A DNA stretch of 64,000 bases from Auanema rhodensis (Eukaryota; Animalia; Nematoda): the NCBI GenBank assembly GCA_964057225.1, contig OZ059896.1, positions 22,382,001 through 22,446,000 of the forward strand. The letters run 5' to 3'. The position numbers were made by a program, and so were the translations under genes. Shown here piece by piece: positions 40,501-53,800 of the stretch; the stretch's first letter is position 1, and every line of letters begins with the position of its first letter. Under the pieces are notes generated by a model. The model saw only the letters and a list, made by a program, of their open reading frames with translations, did not search any database and was not told where the DNA came from.

Positions 40501-43500
40501 GTTTTTCAATGTAGTATAGTGCATTCGATGCGGATTTTTAAGCTGCGTCGATCTGTGTTATCAGATTTGCGCTAGCTTAAAAATGCACCAAGATATCAAC
40601 TGATATAAGTTCACACTTATATCCTCGATTTTCACCCTAAAGAATTAATTTTTTCGTTGAATAACATTGTCCATCGTCTTTGCCTTGAATAAAGGAATCT
40701 AAAAACATCTACTTTTTGCTAAATTATTTCGAAATTTTTCGAAAAAATTTTTGTCAAAATGTTTTTGGAAGCAATGTTGAGTGTACATGGAAACTCAACA
40801 TACACTAATGCATCATTTTTCAAACGATCATAACTAATTTTTGTATTAAGCGTTTCTCAATGTAGTATAGTGCATTCAATGCGGATTTTTAAGCTGCGTC
40901 GATCTGTGTTATCAGATTTGCGCTAGCTTGAAAATGCACCGAGATATCAACTGATATAAGTTCACACTTATATCCTCGATTTTCACCCTGAAGAATTAAT
41001 TTTTTCGTTGAATAACACTGTCCATCGTCTTTGCCTTGAAAAATAGAATCTAAAAACATCTACTTTTTGCTAAATTATTTTGAAATTTTTCGAAAAAATT
41101 TTTGTCAAAATGTTTTTGGAAGCAATGTTGAGTGTACATGGAAACTCAACATACACTAATGCATCATTTTTCAAACGATCATAACTAATTTTTGTATTAA
41201 GCGTTTTTCAATGTAGTATAGTGCATTCGATGCGGATTTTTAAGCTGCGTCGATCTGTGTTATCAGATTTGCGCTAGCTTAAAAATGCACCAAGATATCA
41301 ACTGATATAAGTTCACACTTATATCCTCGATTTTCACCCTAAAGAATTAATTTTTTCGTTGAATAACATTGTCCATCGTCTTTGCCTTGAATAAAGGAAT
41401 CTAAAAACATCTACTTTTTGCTAAATTATTTCGAAATTTTTCGAAAAAATTTTTGTCAAAATGTTTTTGGAAGCAATGTTGAGTGTACATGGAAACTCAA
41501 CATACACTAATGCATCATTTTTCAAACGATCATAACTAATTTTTGTATCAAGCGTTTCTCAATGTAGTATAGTGCATTCAATGCGGATTTTTAAGCTGCG
41601 TCGATCTGTGTTATCAGATTTGCGCTAGCTTAAAAATGCACCGAGATATCAACTGATATAAGTTCACACTTATATCCTCGATTTTCACCCTGAAGAAATA
41701 ATTTTTCCGTTGAATAACATTGTCCATCGTCTTTGCCTTGAAAAATGGAATCTAAAAACATCTACTTTTTGCTAAATTATTTTGAAATTTTTCGAAAAAA
41801 TTTTTGTCAAAATGTTTTTGGAAGCAATGTTGAGTGTACATGGAAACTCAACATACACTAATGCATCATTTTTCAAACGATCATAACTAATTTTTGTATT
41901 AAGCGTTTCTCAATGTAGTATAGTGCATTCGATGCGGATTTTTAAGCTGCGTCGATCTCTGTTATCAGATTTGCGCTAGCTTAAAAATGCACCGAGATAT
42001 CAACTGATATAAGTTCACACTTATATCTTCGATTTTCACCCTGAAGGAATAATTTTTTCGTTGAATAACATTGTCCATCGTCTTTGCCTTGAAAAAAGGA
42101 ATCTAAAAACATCTACTTTTTGCTAAATTATTTTGAAATTTTTCGAAAAAATTTTTGTCAAAATGTTTTTGGAAGCAATGTTGAGTGTACATGGAAACTC
42201 AACATACACTAATGCATCATTTTTCAAACGATCATAACTAATTTTTGTATCAAGCGTTTCTCAATGTAGTATAGTGCATTCGATGCGGATTTTTAAGCTG
42301 CGTCGATCTGTATTATCAGATTTGCGCTAGCTTAAAAATGCACCGAGATATCAACTGATATAAGTTCACACTTATATCCTCGATTTTCACCCTGAAGAAT
42401 TAATTTTTTCGTTGAATAACATTGTCCATCGTCTTTGCCTTGAATAAAGGAATCTAAAAACATCTACTTTTTGCTAAATTATTTTGAAATTTTTCGAAAA
42501 AATTTTTGTCAAAATGTTTTTGGAAGCAATGTTGAGTGTACATGGAAACTCAACATACACTAATGCATCATTTTTCAAACGATCATAACTAATTTTTGTA
42601 TTAAGCGTTTTTCAATGTAGTATAGTGCATTCGATGCGGATTTTTAAGCTGCGTCGATCTGTGTTATCAGATTTGCGCTAGCTTAAAAATGCACCAAGAT
42701 ATCAACTGATATAAGTTCACACTTATATCCTCGATTTTCACCCTAAAGAATTAATTTTTTCGTTGAATAACATTGTCCATCGTCTTTGCCTTGAATAAAG
42801 GAATCTAAAAACATCTACTTTTTGCTAAATTATTTCGAAATTTTTCGAAAAAATTTTTGTCAAAATGTTTTTGGAAGCAATGTTGAGTGTACATGGAAAC
42901 TCAACATACACTAATGCATCATTTTTCAAACGATCATAACTAATTTTTGTATTAAGCGTTTCTCAATGTAGTATAGTGCATTCAATGCGGATTTTTAAGC
43001 TGCGTCGATCTGTGTTATCAGATTTGCGCTAGCTTGAAAATGCACCGAGATATCAACTGATATAAGTTCACACTTATATCCTCGATTTTCACCCTGAAGA
43101 ATTAATTTTTTCGTTGAATAACACTGTCCATCGTCTTTGCCTTGAAAAATGGAATCTAAAAACATCTACTTTTTGCTAAATTATTTTGAAATTTTTCGAA
43201 AAAATTTTTGTCAAAATGTTTTTGGAAGCAATGTTGAGTGTACATGGAAACTCAACATACACTAATGCATCATTTTTCAAACGATCATAACTAATTTTTG
43301 TATTAAGCGTTTTTCAATGTAGTATAGTGCATTCGATGCGGATTTTTAAGCTGCGTCGATCTGTGTTATCAGATTTGCGCTAGCTTAAAAATGCACCAAG
43401 ATATCAACTGATATAAGTTCACACTTATATCCTCGATTTTCACCCTAAAGAATTAATTTTTTCGTTGAATAACATTGTCCATCGTCTTTGCCTTGAATAA

Positions 43501-43700
43501 AGGAATCTAAAAACATCTACTTTTTGCTAAATTATTTCGAAATTTTTCGAAAAAATTTTTGTCAAAATGTTTTTGGAAGCAATGTTGAGTGTACATGGAA
43601 ACTCAACATACACTAATGCATCATTTTTCAAACGATCATAACTAATTTTTGTATCAAGCGTTTCTCAATGTAGTATAGTGCATTCAATGCGGATTTTTAA
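31600..43700 (+). repeat. Nested higher-order domain: 3-mer core (1053 bp) inside 8-mer (2808 bp) repeats, ending in a 6-mer (2106 bp) duplication
   Basis: GCGCAT occurs at 31758, 32811, 33864, 35619, 36672 and 39480. CTTGGAAAAT occurs at 32615/35423, the G>T in TTTTTGTC at 36541/39349, and GCTTGAAAA at 38122/40930/43036. Confidence 0.85.
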
Positions 43701-46700
43701 GCTGCGTCGATCTGTGTTATCAGATTTGCGCTAGCTTAAAAATGCACCGAGATATCAACTGATATAAGTTCACACTTATATCCTCGATTTTCACCCTGAA
43801 GAATTAATTTTTTCGTTGAATAACACTGTCCATCGTCTTTGCCTTGAAAAATGGAATCTAAAAACATCTACTTTTTGCTAAATTATTTTGAAATTTTTCG
43901 AAAAAATTTTTGTCAAAATGTTTTTGGAAGCAATGTTGAGTGTACATGGAAACTCAACATACACTAATGCATCATTTTTCAAACGATCATAACTAATTTT
44001 TGTATTAAGCGTTTTTCAATGTAGTATAGTGCATTCGATGCGGATTTTTAAGCTGCGTCGATCTGTGTTATCAGATTTGCGCTAGCTTAAAAATGCACCG
44101 AGATATCAACTGATATAAGTTCACACTTATATCCTCGATTTTCACCCTGAACAATTAATTTTTTCGTTGAATAACATTGTCCATCGTCTTTGCCTTGAAT
44201 AAAGGAATTTAAAAACATCTACTTTTTGCTAAATTATTTCGAAATTTTTCGAAAAAATTTTTGTCAAAATGTTTTTGGAAGCAATGTTGAGTGTACATGG
44301 AAACTCAACATACACTAATGCATCATTTTTCAAACGATCATAACTAATTTTTGTATTAAGCGTTTCTCAATGTAGTATAGTGCATTCGATGCGGATTTTT
44401 AAGCTGCTTCGATCTGTGTTATCAGATTTGCGCTAGCTTACAAATGCACCGAGATATCAACTGATATAAGTTCACACTTATATCCTCGATTTTCACCCTG
44501 AAGAATTAATTTTTTCGTTGAATAACACTGTCCATCGTGTTTGCCTTGAAAAATGGAATCTAAAAACATCTACTTTTTGCTAAATTATTTTGAAATTTTT
44601 CGAAAAAATTTTTGTCAAAATGTTTTTGGAAGCAATGTTGAGTGTACATGGAAACTCAACATACACTAATGCATCATTTTTCAAACGATCATAACTAATT
44701 TTTGTATTAAGCGTTTCTCAATGTAGTATAGTGCATTCGATGCGGATTTTTAAGCTGCTTCGATCTGTGTTATCAGATTTGCGCTAGCTTACAAATGCAC
44801 CGAGATATCAACTGATATAAGTTCACACTTATATCCTCGATTTTCACCCTGAAGAATTAATTTTTTCGTTGAATAACACTGTCCATCGTCTTTGCCTTGA
44901 AAAATGGAATCTAAAAACATCTACTTTTTGCTAAATTATTTTGAAATTTTTCGAAAAAATTTTTGTCAAAATGTTTTTGGAAGCAATGTTGAGTGTACAT
45001 GGAAACTCAACATACACTAATGCATCATTTTTCAAACGATCATAACTAATTTTTGTATTAAGCGTTTTTCAATGTAGTATAGTGCATTCGATGCGGATTT
45101 TTAAGCTGCGTCGATCTGTGTTATCAGATTTGCGCTAGCTTAAAAATGCACCAAGATATCAACTGATATAAGTTCACACTTATATCCTCGATTTTCACCC
45201 TAAAGAATTAATTTTTTCGTTGAATAACATTGTCCATCGTCTTTGCCTTGAATAAAGGAATCTAAAAACATCTACTTTTTGCTAAATTATTTCGAAATTT
45301 TTCGAAAAAATTTTTGTCAAAATGTTTTTGGAAGCAATGTTGAGTGTACATGGAAACTCAACATACACTAATGCATCATTTTTCAAACGATCATAACTAA
45401 TTTTTGTATTAAGCGTTTCTCAATGTAGTATAGTGCATTCGATGCGGATTTTTAAGCTGCTTCGATCTGTGTTATCAGATTTGCGCTAGCTTACAAATGC
45501 ACCGAGATATCAACTGATATAAGTTCACACTTATATCCTCGATTTTCACCCTGAAGAATTAATTTTTTCGTTGAATAACACTGTCCATCGTCTTTGCCTT
45601 AAAAAATGGAATCTAAAAACATCTACTTTTTGCTAAATTATTTTGAAATTTTTCGAAAAAATTTTTGTCAAAATGTTTTTGGAAGCAATGTTGAGTGTAC
45701 ATGGAAACTCAACATACACTAATGCATCATTTTTCAAACGATCATAACTAATTTTTGTATCAAGCGTTTCTCAATGTAGTATAGTGCATTCAATGCGGAT
45801 TTTTAAGCTGCGTCGATCTGTGTTATCAGATTTGCGCTAGCTTAAAAATGCACCGAGATATCAACTGATATAAGTTCACACTTATATCCTCGATTTTCAC
45901 CCTGAAGAATTAATTTTTTCGTTGAATAACACTGTCCATCGTCTTTGCCTTGAAAAATGGAATCTAAAAACATCTACTTTTTGCTAAATTATTTTGAAAT
46001 TTTTCGAAAAAATTTTTGTCAAAATGTTTTTGGAAGCAATGTTGAGTGTACATGGAAACTCAACATACACTAATGCATCATTTTTCAAACGATCATAACT
46101 AATTTTTGTATTAAGCGTTTTTCAATGTAGTATAGTGCATTCGATGCGGATTTTTAAGCTGCGTCGATCTGTGTTATCAGATTTGCGCTAGCTTAAAAAT
46201 GCACCGAGATATCAACTGATATAAGTTCACACTTATATCCTCGATTTTCACCCTGAACAATTAATTTTTTCGTTGAATAACATTGTCCATCGTCTTTGCC
46301 TTGAATAAAGGAATTTAAAAACATCTACTTTTTGCTAAATTATTTCGAAATTTTTCGAAAAAATTTTTGTCAAAATGTTTTTGGAAGCAATGTTGAGTGT
46401 ACATGGAAACTCAACATACACTAATGCATCATTTTTCAAACGATCATAACTAATTTTTGTATTAAGCGTTTCTCAATGTAGTATAGTGCATTCGATGCGG
46501 ATTTTTAAGCTGCTTCGATCTGTGTTATCAGATTTGCGCTAGCTTACAAATGCACCGAGATATCAACTGATATAAGTTCACACTTATATCCTCGATTTTC
46601 ACCCTGAAGAATTAATTTTTTCGTTGAATAACACTGTCCATCGTGTTTGCCTTGAAAAATGGAATCTAAAAACATCTACTTTTTGCTAAATTATTTTGAA

Positions 46701-47850
46701 ATTTTTCGAAAAAATTTTTGTCAAAATGTTTTTGGAAGCAATGTTGAGTGTACATGGAAACTCAACATACACTAATGCATCATTTTTCAAACGATCATAA
46801 CTAATTTTTGTATTAAGCGTTTCTCAATGTAGTATAGTGCATTCGATGCGGATTTTTAAGCTGCTTCGATCTGTGTTATCAGATTTGCGCTAGCTTACAA
46901 ATGCACCGAGATATCAACTGATATAAGTTCACACTTATATCCTCGATTTTCACCCTGAAGAATTAATTTTTTCGTTGAATAACACTGTCCATCGTCTTTG
47001 CCTTGAAAAATGGAATCTAAAAACATCTACTTTTTGCTAAATTATTTTGAAATTTTTCGAAAAAATTTTTGTCAAAATGTTTTTGGAAGCAATGTTGAGT
47101 GTACATGGAAACTCAACATACACTAATGCATCATTTTTCAAACGATCATAACTAATTTTTGTATTAAGCGTTTTTCAATGTAGTATAGTGCATTCGATGC
47201 GGATTTTTAAGCTGCGTCGATCTGTGTTATCAGATTTGCGCTAGCTTAAAAATGCACCAAGATATCAACTGATATAAGTTCACACTTATATCCTCGATTT
47301 TCACCCTAAAGAATTAATTTTTTCGTTGAATAACATTGTCCATCGTCTTTGCCTTGAATAAAGGAATCTAAAAACATCTACTTTTTGCTAAATTATTTCG
47401 AAATTTTTCGAAAAAATTTTTGTCAAAATGTTTTTGGAAGCAATGTTGAGTGTACATGGAAACTCAACATACACTAATGCATCATTTTTCAAACGATCAT
47501 AACTAATTTTTGTATTAAGCGTTTCTCAATGTAGTATAGTGCATTCGATGCGGATTTTTAAGCTGCTTCGATCTGTGTTATCAGATTTGCGCTAGCTTAC
47601 AAATGCACCGAGATATCAACTGATATAAGTTCACACTTATATCCTCGATTTTCACCCTGAAGAATTAATTTTTTCGTTGAATAACACTGTCCATCGTCTT
47701 TGCCTTGAAAAATGGAATCTAAAAACATCTACTTTTTGCTAAATTATTTTGAAATTTTTCGAAAAAATTTTTGTCAAAATGTTTTTGGAAGCAATGTTGA
47801 GTGTACATGGAAACTCAACATACACTAATGCATCATTTTTCAAACGATCA
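43600..47850 (+). repeat. Local 6-mer duplication (2106 bp)
   Basis: CTGAACAA occurs at 44152/46258 and CATCGTGTT at 44539/46645. The linked GCTGCTTCG + GCTTACAAA variants appear in three monomers per unit. Confidence 0.9.
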
Positions 47851-50800
47851 TAACTAATTTTTGTATTAAGCGTTTCTCAATGTAGTATAGTGCATTCGAT
47901 GCGGATTTTTAAGCTGCGTCGATCTTTGTTATCAGATTTGCGCTAGCTTAAAAATGCACCGAGATATCAACTGATATAAGTTCACACTTATATCCTCGAT
48001 TTTCACCCTGAAGAATTAATTTTTTCGTTGAATAACACTGTCCATCGTCTTTGCCTTGAAAAAAGGAATCTAAAAACATCTACTTTTTGCTAAATTATTT
48101 TGAAATTTTTCGAAAAAATTTTTGTCAAAATGTTTTTGGAAGCAATGTTGAGTGTACATGGAAACTCAACATACACTAATGCATCATTTTTCAAACGATC
48201 ATAACTAATTTTTGTATCAAGCGTTTCTCAATGTAGTATAGTGCATTCGATGCGGATTTTAAGCTGCGCCGATCTGTGTTATCAGATTTGCGCTAGCTTA
48301 AAAATGCACCGAGATATCAACTGATATAAGTTCACACTTATATCCTCGATTTTCACCCTGAAGAATTAATTTTTTCGTTGAATAACATTGTCTATCGTCT
48401 TTGCCTTGAAAAATGGAATCTAAAAACATCTACTTTTTGCTAAATTATTTTGAAATTTTTCGAAAAAATTTTTGTCAAAATGTTTTTGGAAGCAATGTTG
48501 AGTGTACATGGAAACTCAACATACACTAATGCATCATTTTTCAAACGATCATAACTAATTTTTGTATCAAGCGTTTCTTGATGTAGTATAGTGCATTCGA
48601 TGCAGATTTTTAAGCTGCGTCGATCTGTGTTATCAGATTTGCGCTAGCTTAAAAATGCACAGAGATATCAACTGATATAAGTTCACACTTATATCCTCGA
48701 TTTTCACCCTGAAGAATTAATTTTTTCGTTGAATAACATTGTCCATCGTCTTTGCCTTAAAAAAAGGAATCTAGAAACATCTACTTTTTGCTAAATTATT
48801 TTGAAATTTTTCGAAAAAATTTTTGTCAAAATGTTTTTGGAAGCAATGTTGAGTGTACATGGAAACTCAACATACACTAATGCATCATTTTTCAAACGAT
48901 CATAACTAATTTTTGTATTAAGCGTTTCTCAATGTAGTATAGTGCATTCGATGCGGATTTTTAAGCTGCGTCGATCTGTGTTATCAGATTTGCGCTAGCT
49001 TAAAAATGCACCGAGATATCAACTGATATAAGTTCACACTTATATCCTCGATTTTCACCCTGAAGAATTAATTTTTTCGTTGAATAACACTGTCCATCGT
49101 CTTTGCCTTAAAAAAAGGAATCTAAAAACATCTACTTTTTGCTAAATTATTTTGAAATTTTTCGAAAAAATTTTTGTCAAAATGTTTTTGGAAGCAATGT
49201 TGAGTGTACATGGAAACTCAACATACACTAATGCATCATTTTTCAAACGATCATAACTAATTTTTGTATTAAGCGTTTCTCAATGTAGTATAGTGCATTC
49301 GATGCGGATTTTTAAGCTGCGTCGATCTGTGTTATCAGATTTGCGCTAGCTTGAAAATGCACCGAGATATCAACTGATATAAGTTCACACTTATATCCTC
49401 GATTTTCACCCTGAAGAATTAATTTTTTCGTTGAATAACATTGTCTATCGTCTTTGCCTTGAAAAATGGAATCTAAAAACATCTACTTTTTGCTAAATTA
49501 TTTTGAAATTTTTCGAAAAAATTTTTGTCAAAATGTTTTTGGAAGCAATGTTGAGTGTACATGGAAACTCAACATACACTAATGCATCATTTTTCAAACG
49601 ATCATAACTAATTTTTGTATCAAGCGTTTCTCAATGTAGTATAGTGCATTCGATGCGGATTTTAAGCTGCGCCGATCTGTGTTATCAGATTTGCGCTAGC
49701 TTAAAAATGCACCGAGATATCAACTGATATAAGTTCACACTTATATCCTCTATTTTCACCCTGAAGAATTAATTTTTTCGATGAATAACATTGTCCATCG
49801 TCTTTGCCTTGAAAAAAGGAATCTAAAAACATCTACTTTTTGCTAAATTATTTTGAAATTTTTCGAAAAAATTTTTGTCAAAATGTTTTTGGAAGCAATG
49901 TTGAGTGTACATGGAAACTCAACATACACTAATGCATCATTTTTCAAACGATCATAACTAATTTTTGTATCAAGCGTTTCTCAATGTAGTATAGTGCATT
50001 CGATGCGGATTTTAAGCTGCGCCGATCTGTGTTATCAGATTTGCGCTAGCTTAAAAATGCACCGAGATATCAACTGATATAAGTTCACACTTATATCCTC
50101 GATTTTCACCCTGAAGAATTAATTTTTTCGTTGAATAACATTGTCTATCGTCTTTGCCTTGAAAAATGGAATCTAAAAACATCTACTTTTTGCTAAATTA
50201 TTTTGAAATTTTTCGAAAAAATTTTTGTCAAAATGTTTTTGGAAGCAATGTTGAGTGTACATGGAAACTCAACATACACTAATGCATCATTTTTCAAACG
50301 ATCATAACTAATTTTTGTATCAAGCGTTTCTTGATGTAGTATAGTGCATTCGATGCAGATTTTTAAGCTGCGTCGATCTGTGTTATCAGATTTGCGCTAG
50401 CTTAAAAATGCACAGAGATATCAACTGATATAAGTTCACACTTATATCCTCGATTTTCACCCTGAAGAATTAATTTTTTCGTTGAATAACATTGTCCATC
50501 GTCTTTGCCTTAAAAAAAGGAATCTAGAAACATCTACTTTTTGCTAAATTATTTTGAAATTTTTCGAAAAAATTTTTGTCAAAATGTTTTTGGAAGCAAT
50601 GTTGAGTGTACATGGAAACTCAACATACACTAATGCATCATTTTTCAAACGATCATAACTAATTTTTGTATTAAGCGTTTCTCAATGTAGTATAGTGCAT
50701 TCGATGCGGATTTTTAAGCTGCGTCGATCTGTGTTATCAGATTTGCGCTAGCTTAAAAATGCACCGAGATATCAACTGATATATGTTCACACTTATATCC

Positions 50801-53800
50801 TCTATTTTCACCCTGAAGAATTAATTTTTTCGTTGAATAACATTGTCCATCGTCTTTGCCTTGAAAAAAGGAATCTAAAAACATCTACTTTTTGCTAAAT
50901 TATTTTGAAATTTTTCGAAAAAATTTTTGTCAAAATGTTTTTGGAAGCAATGTTGAGTGTACATGGAAACTCAACATACACTAATGCATCATTTTTCAAA
51001 CGATCATAACTAATTTTTGTATCAAGCGTTTCTCAATTTAGTATAGTGCATTCGATGCGGATTTTTAAGCTGCGTCGATCTGTGTTATCAGATTTGCGCT
51101 AGCTTAAAAATGCACCGAGATATCAACTGATATAAGTTCACACTTATATCCTCGATTTTCACCCTGAAGAATTAATTTTTTCGTTGAATAACATTGTCTA
51201 TCGTCTTTGCCTTGAAAAATGGAATCTAAAAACATCTACTTTTTGCTAAATTATTTTGAAATTTTTCGAAAAAATTTTTGTCAAAATGTTTTTGGAAGCA
51301 ATGTTGAGTGTACATGGAAACTCAACATACACTAATGCATCATTTTTCAAACGATCATAACTAATTTTTGTATCAAGCGTTTCTCAATGTAGTATAGTGC
51401 ATTCGATGCGGATTTTTAAGCTGCGTCGATCTGTGTTATCAGATTTGCGCTAGCTTGAAAATGCACCGAGATATCAACTGATATAAGTTCACACTTATAT
51501 CCTCGATTTTCGTCCTGAAGAATTAATTTTTTCGTTGAATAACATTGTCCATCGTCTTTGCCTTAAAAAAAGGAATCTAAAAACATCTACTTTTTGCTAA
51601 ATTATTTTGAAATATTTCGAAAAAATTTTTGTCAAAATGTTTTTGGAAGCAATGTTGAGTGTACATGGAAACTCAACATACACTAATGCATCATTTTTCA
51701 AACGATCATAACTAATTTTTGTATCAAGCGTTTCTCAATGTAGTATAGTGCATTCGATGCGGATTTTAAGCTGCGCCGATCTGTGTTATCAGATTTGCGC
51801 TAGCTTAAAAATGCACCGAGATATCAACTGATATAAGTTCACACTTATATCCTCTATTTTCACCCTGAAGAATTAATTTTTTCGTTGAATAACATTGTCC
51901 ATCGTCTTTGCCTTGAAAAAAGGAATCTAAAAACATCTACTTTTTGCTAAATTATTTTGAAATTTTTCGAAAAAATTTTTGTCAAAATGTTTTTGGAAGC
52001 AATGTTGAGTGTACATGGAAACTCAACATACACTAATGCATCATTTTTCAAACGATCATAACTAATTTTTGTATCAAGCGTTTCTCAATTTAGTATAGTG
52101 CATTCGATGCGGATTTTTAAGCTGCGTCGATCTGTGTTATCAGATTTGCGCTAGCTTAAAAATGCACCGAGATATCAACTGATATAAGTTCACACTTATA
52201 TCATCGATTTTCACCCTGAAGAATTAATTTTTTCGTTGAATAACATTGTCCATCGTCTTTGCCTTAAAAAAAGGAATCTAAAAACATCTACTTTTTGCTA
52301 AATTATTTTGAAAGTTTTCGAAAAAATTTTTGTCAAAATGTTTTTGGAAGCAATGTTGAGTGTACATGGAAACTCAACATACACTAATGCATCATTTTTC
52401 AAACGATCATAACTAATTTTTTATTAAGCGTTTCTCAATGTAGTATAGTGCATTCGATGCGGATTTTTAAGCTGCGTCGATCTGTGTTATCAGATTTGCG
52501 CTAGCTTAAAAATGCACCGAGATATCAACTGATATAAGTTCACACTTATATCCTCGATTTTCACCCTGAAGAATTGATTTTTTCGTTGAATAACATTGTC
52601 CATCGTTTTTGCCTTGAAAAAAGAAATCTAAGAACATCTACTTTTTGCTAAATTATTTTGAAATTTTTCGAAAAAATTTTTGTCAAAATGTTTTTGGAAG
52701 CAATGTTGATTGTACATGGAAACTCAACATACACTAATGCATCATTTTTCAAACGATCATAACTAATTTTTGTATTAAGCGTTTCTCAATGTAGTATAGT
52801 GCTTTTGATGCGGATTTTTAAGCTGCGTCGATCTGTGTTATCAGATTTGCGCTAGCTTAAAAATGCACCGAGATATCAACTGATATAAGTTCACACTTAT
52901 ATCCTCGATTTTCACCCTGAAGAATTGATTTTTTCGTTGAATAACATTGTCCATCGTTTTTGCCTTGAAAAAAGAAATCTAAAAACATCTACTTTTTGCT
53001 AAATTATTTTGAAATTTTTCGAAAAAATTTTTGTCAAAATGTTTTTGGAAGCAATGTTGATTGTACATGGAAACTCAACATACACTAATGCATCATTTTT
53101 CAAACAATCATAACTAATTTTTGTATTAAGCGTTTTTCAATGTAGTATAGTGCATTCGATGCGGATTTTTAAGCTGCGTCGATCTGTGTTATCAGATTTG
53201 CGCTAGCTTAAAAATGCACCGAGATATCAACTGATATAAGTTCACACTTATATCCTCGATTTTCACCCTGAAGAATTAATTTTTTCGTTGAATAACATTG
53301 TCCATCGTCTTTGCCTTGAAAAAAGGAATCTAAAAACATCTACTTTTTGCTAAATTATTTTGAAATTTTTCGAAAAAATTTTTGTCAAAATGTTTTTGGA
53401 AGCAATGTTGAGTGTACATGGAAACTCAACATACACTAATGCATCATTTTTCAAACGATCATAACTAATTTTTGTATTAAGCGTTTCTCAATGTAGTATA
53501 GTGCATTCGATGCGGATTTTTAAGCTGCGTCGATCTGTGTTATCAGATTTGCGCTAGCTTAAAAATGCACCGAGATATCAACTGATATAAGTTCACACTT
53601 ATATCATCGATTTTCACCCTGAAGAATTAATTTTTTCGTTGAATAACATTGTCCATCGTCTTTGCCTTAAAAAAAGGAATCTAAAAACATCTACTTTTTG
53701 CTAAATTAATTTGAAATTTTTCGAAAAAATTTTTGTCAAAATGTTTTTGGAAGCAATGTTGAGTGTACATGGAAACTCAACATACACTAATGCATCATTT

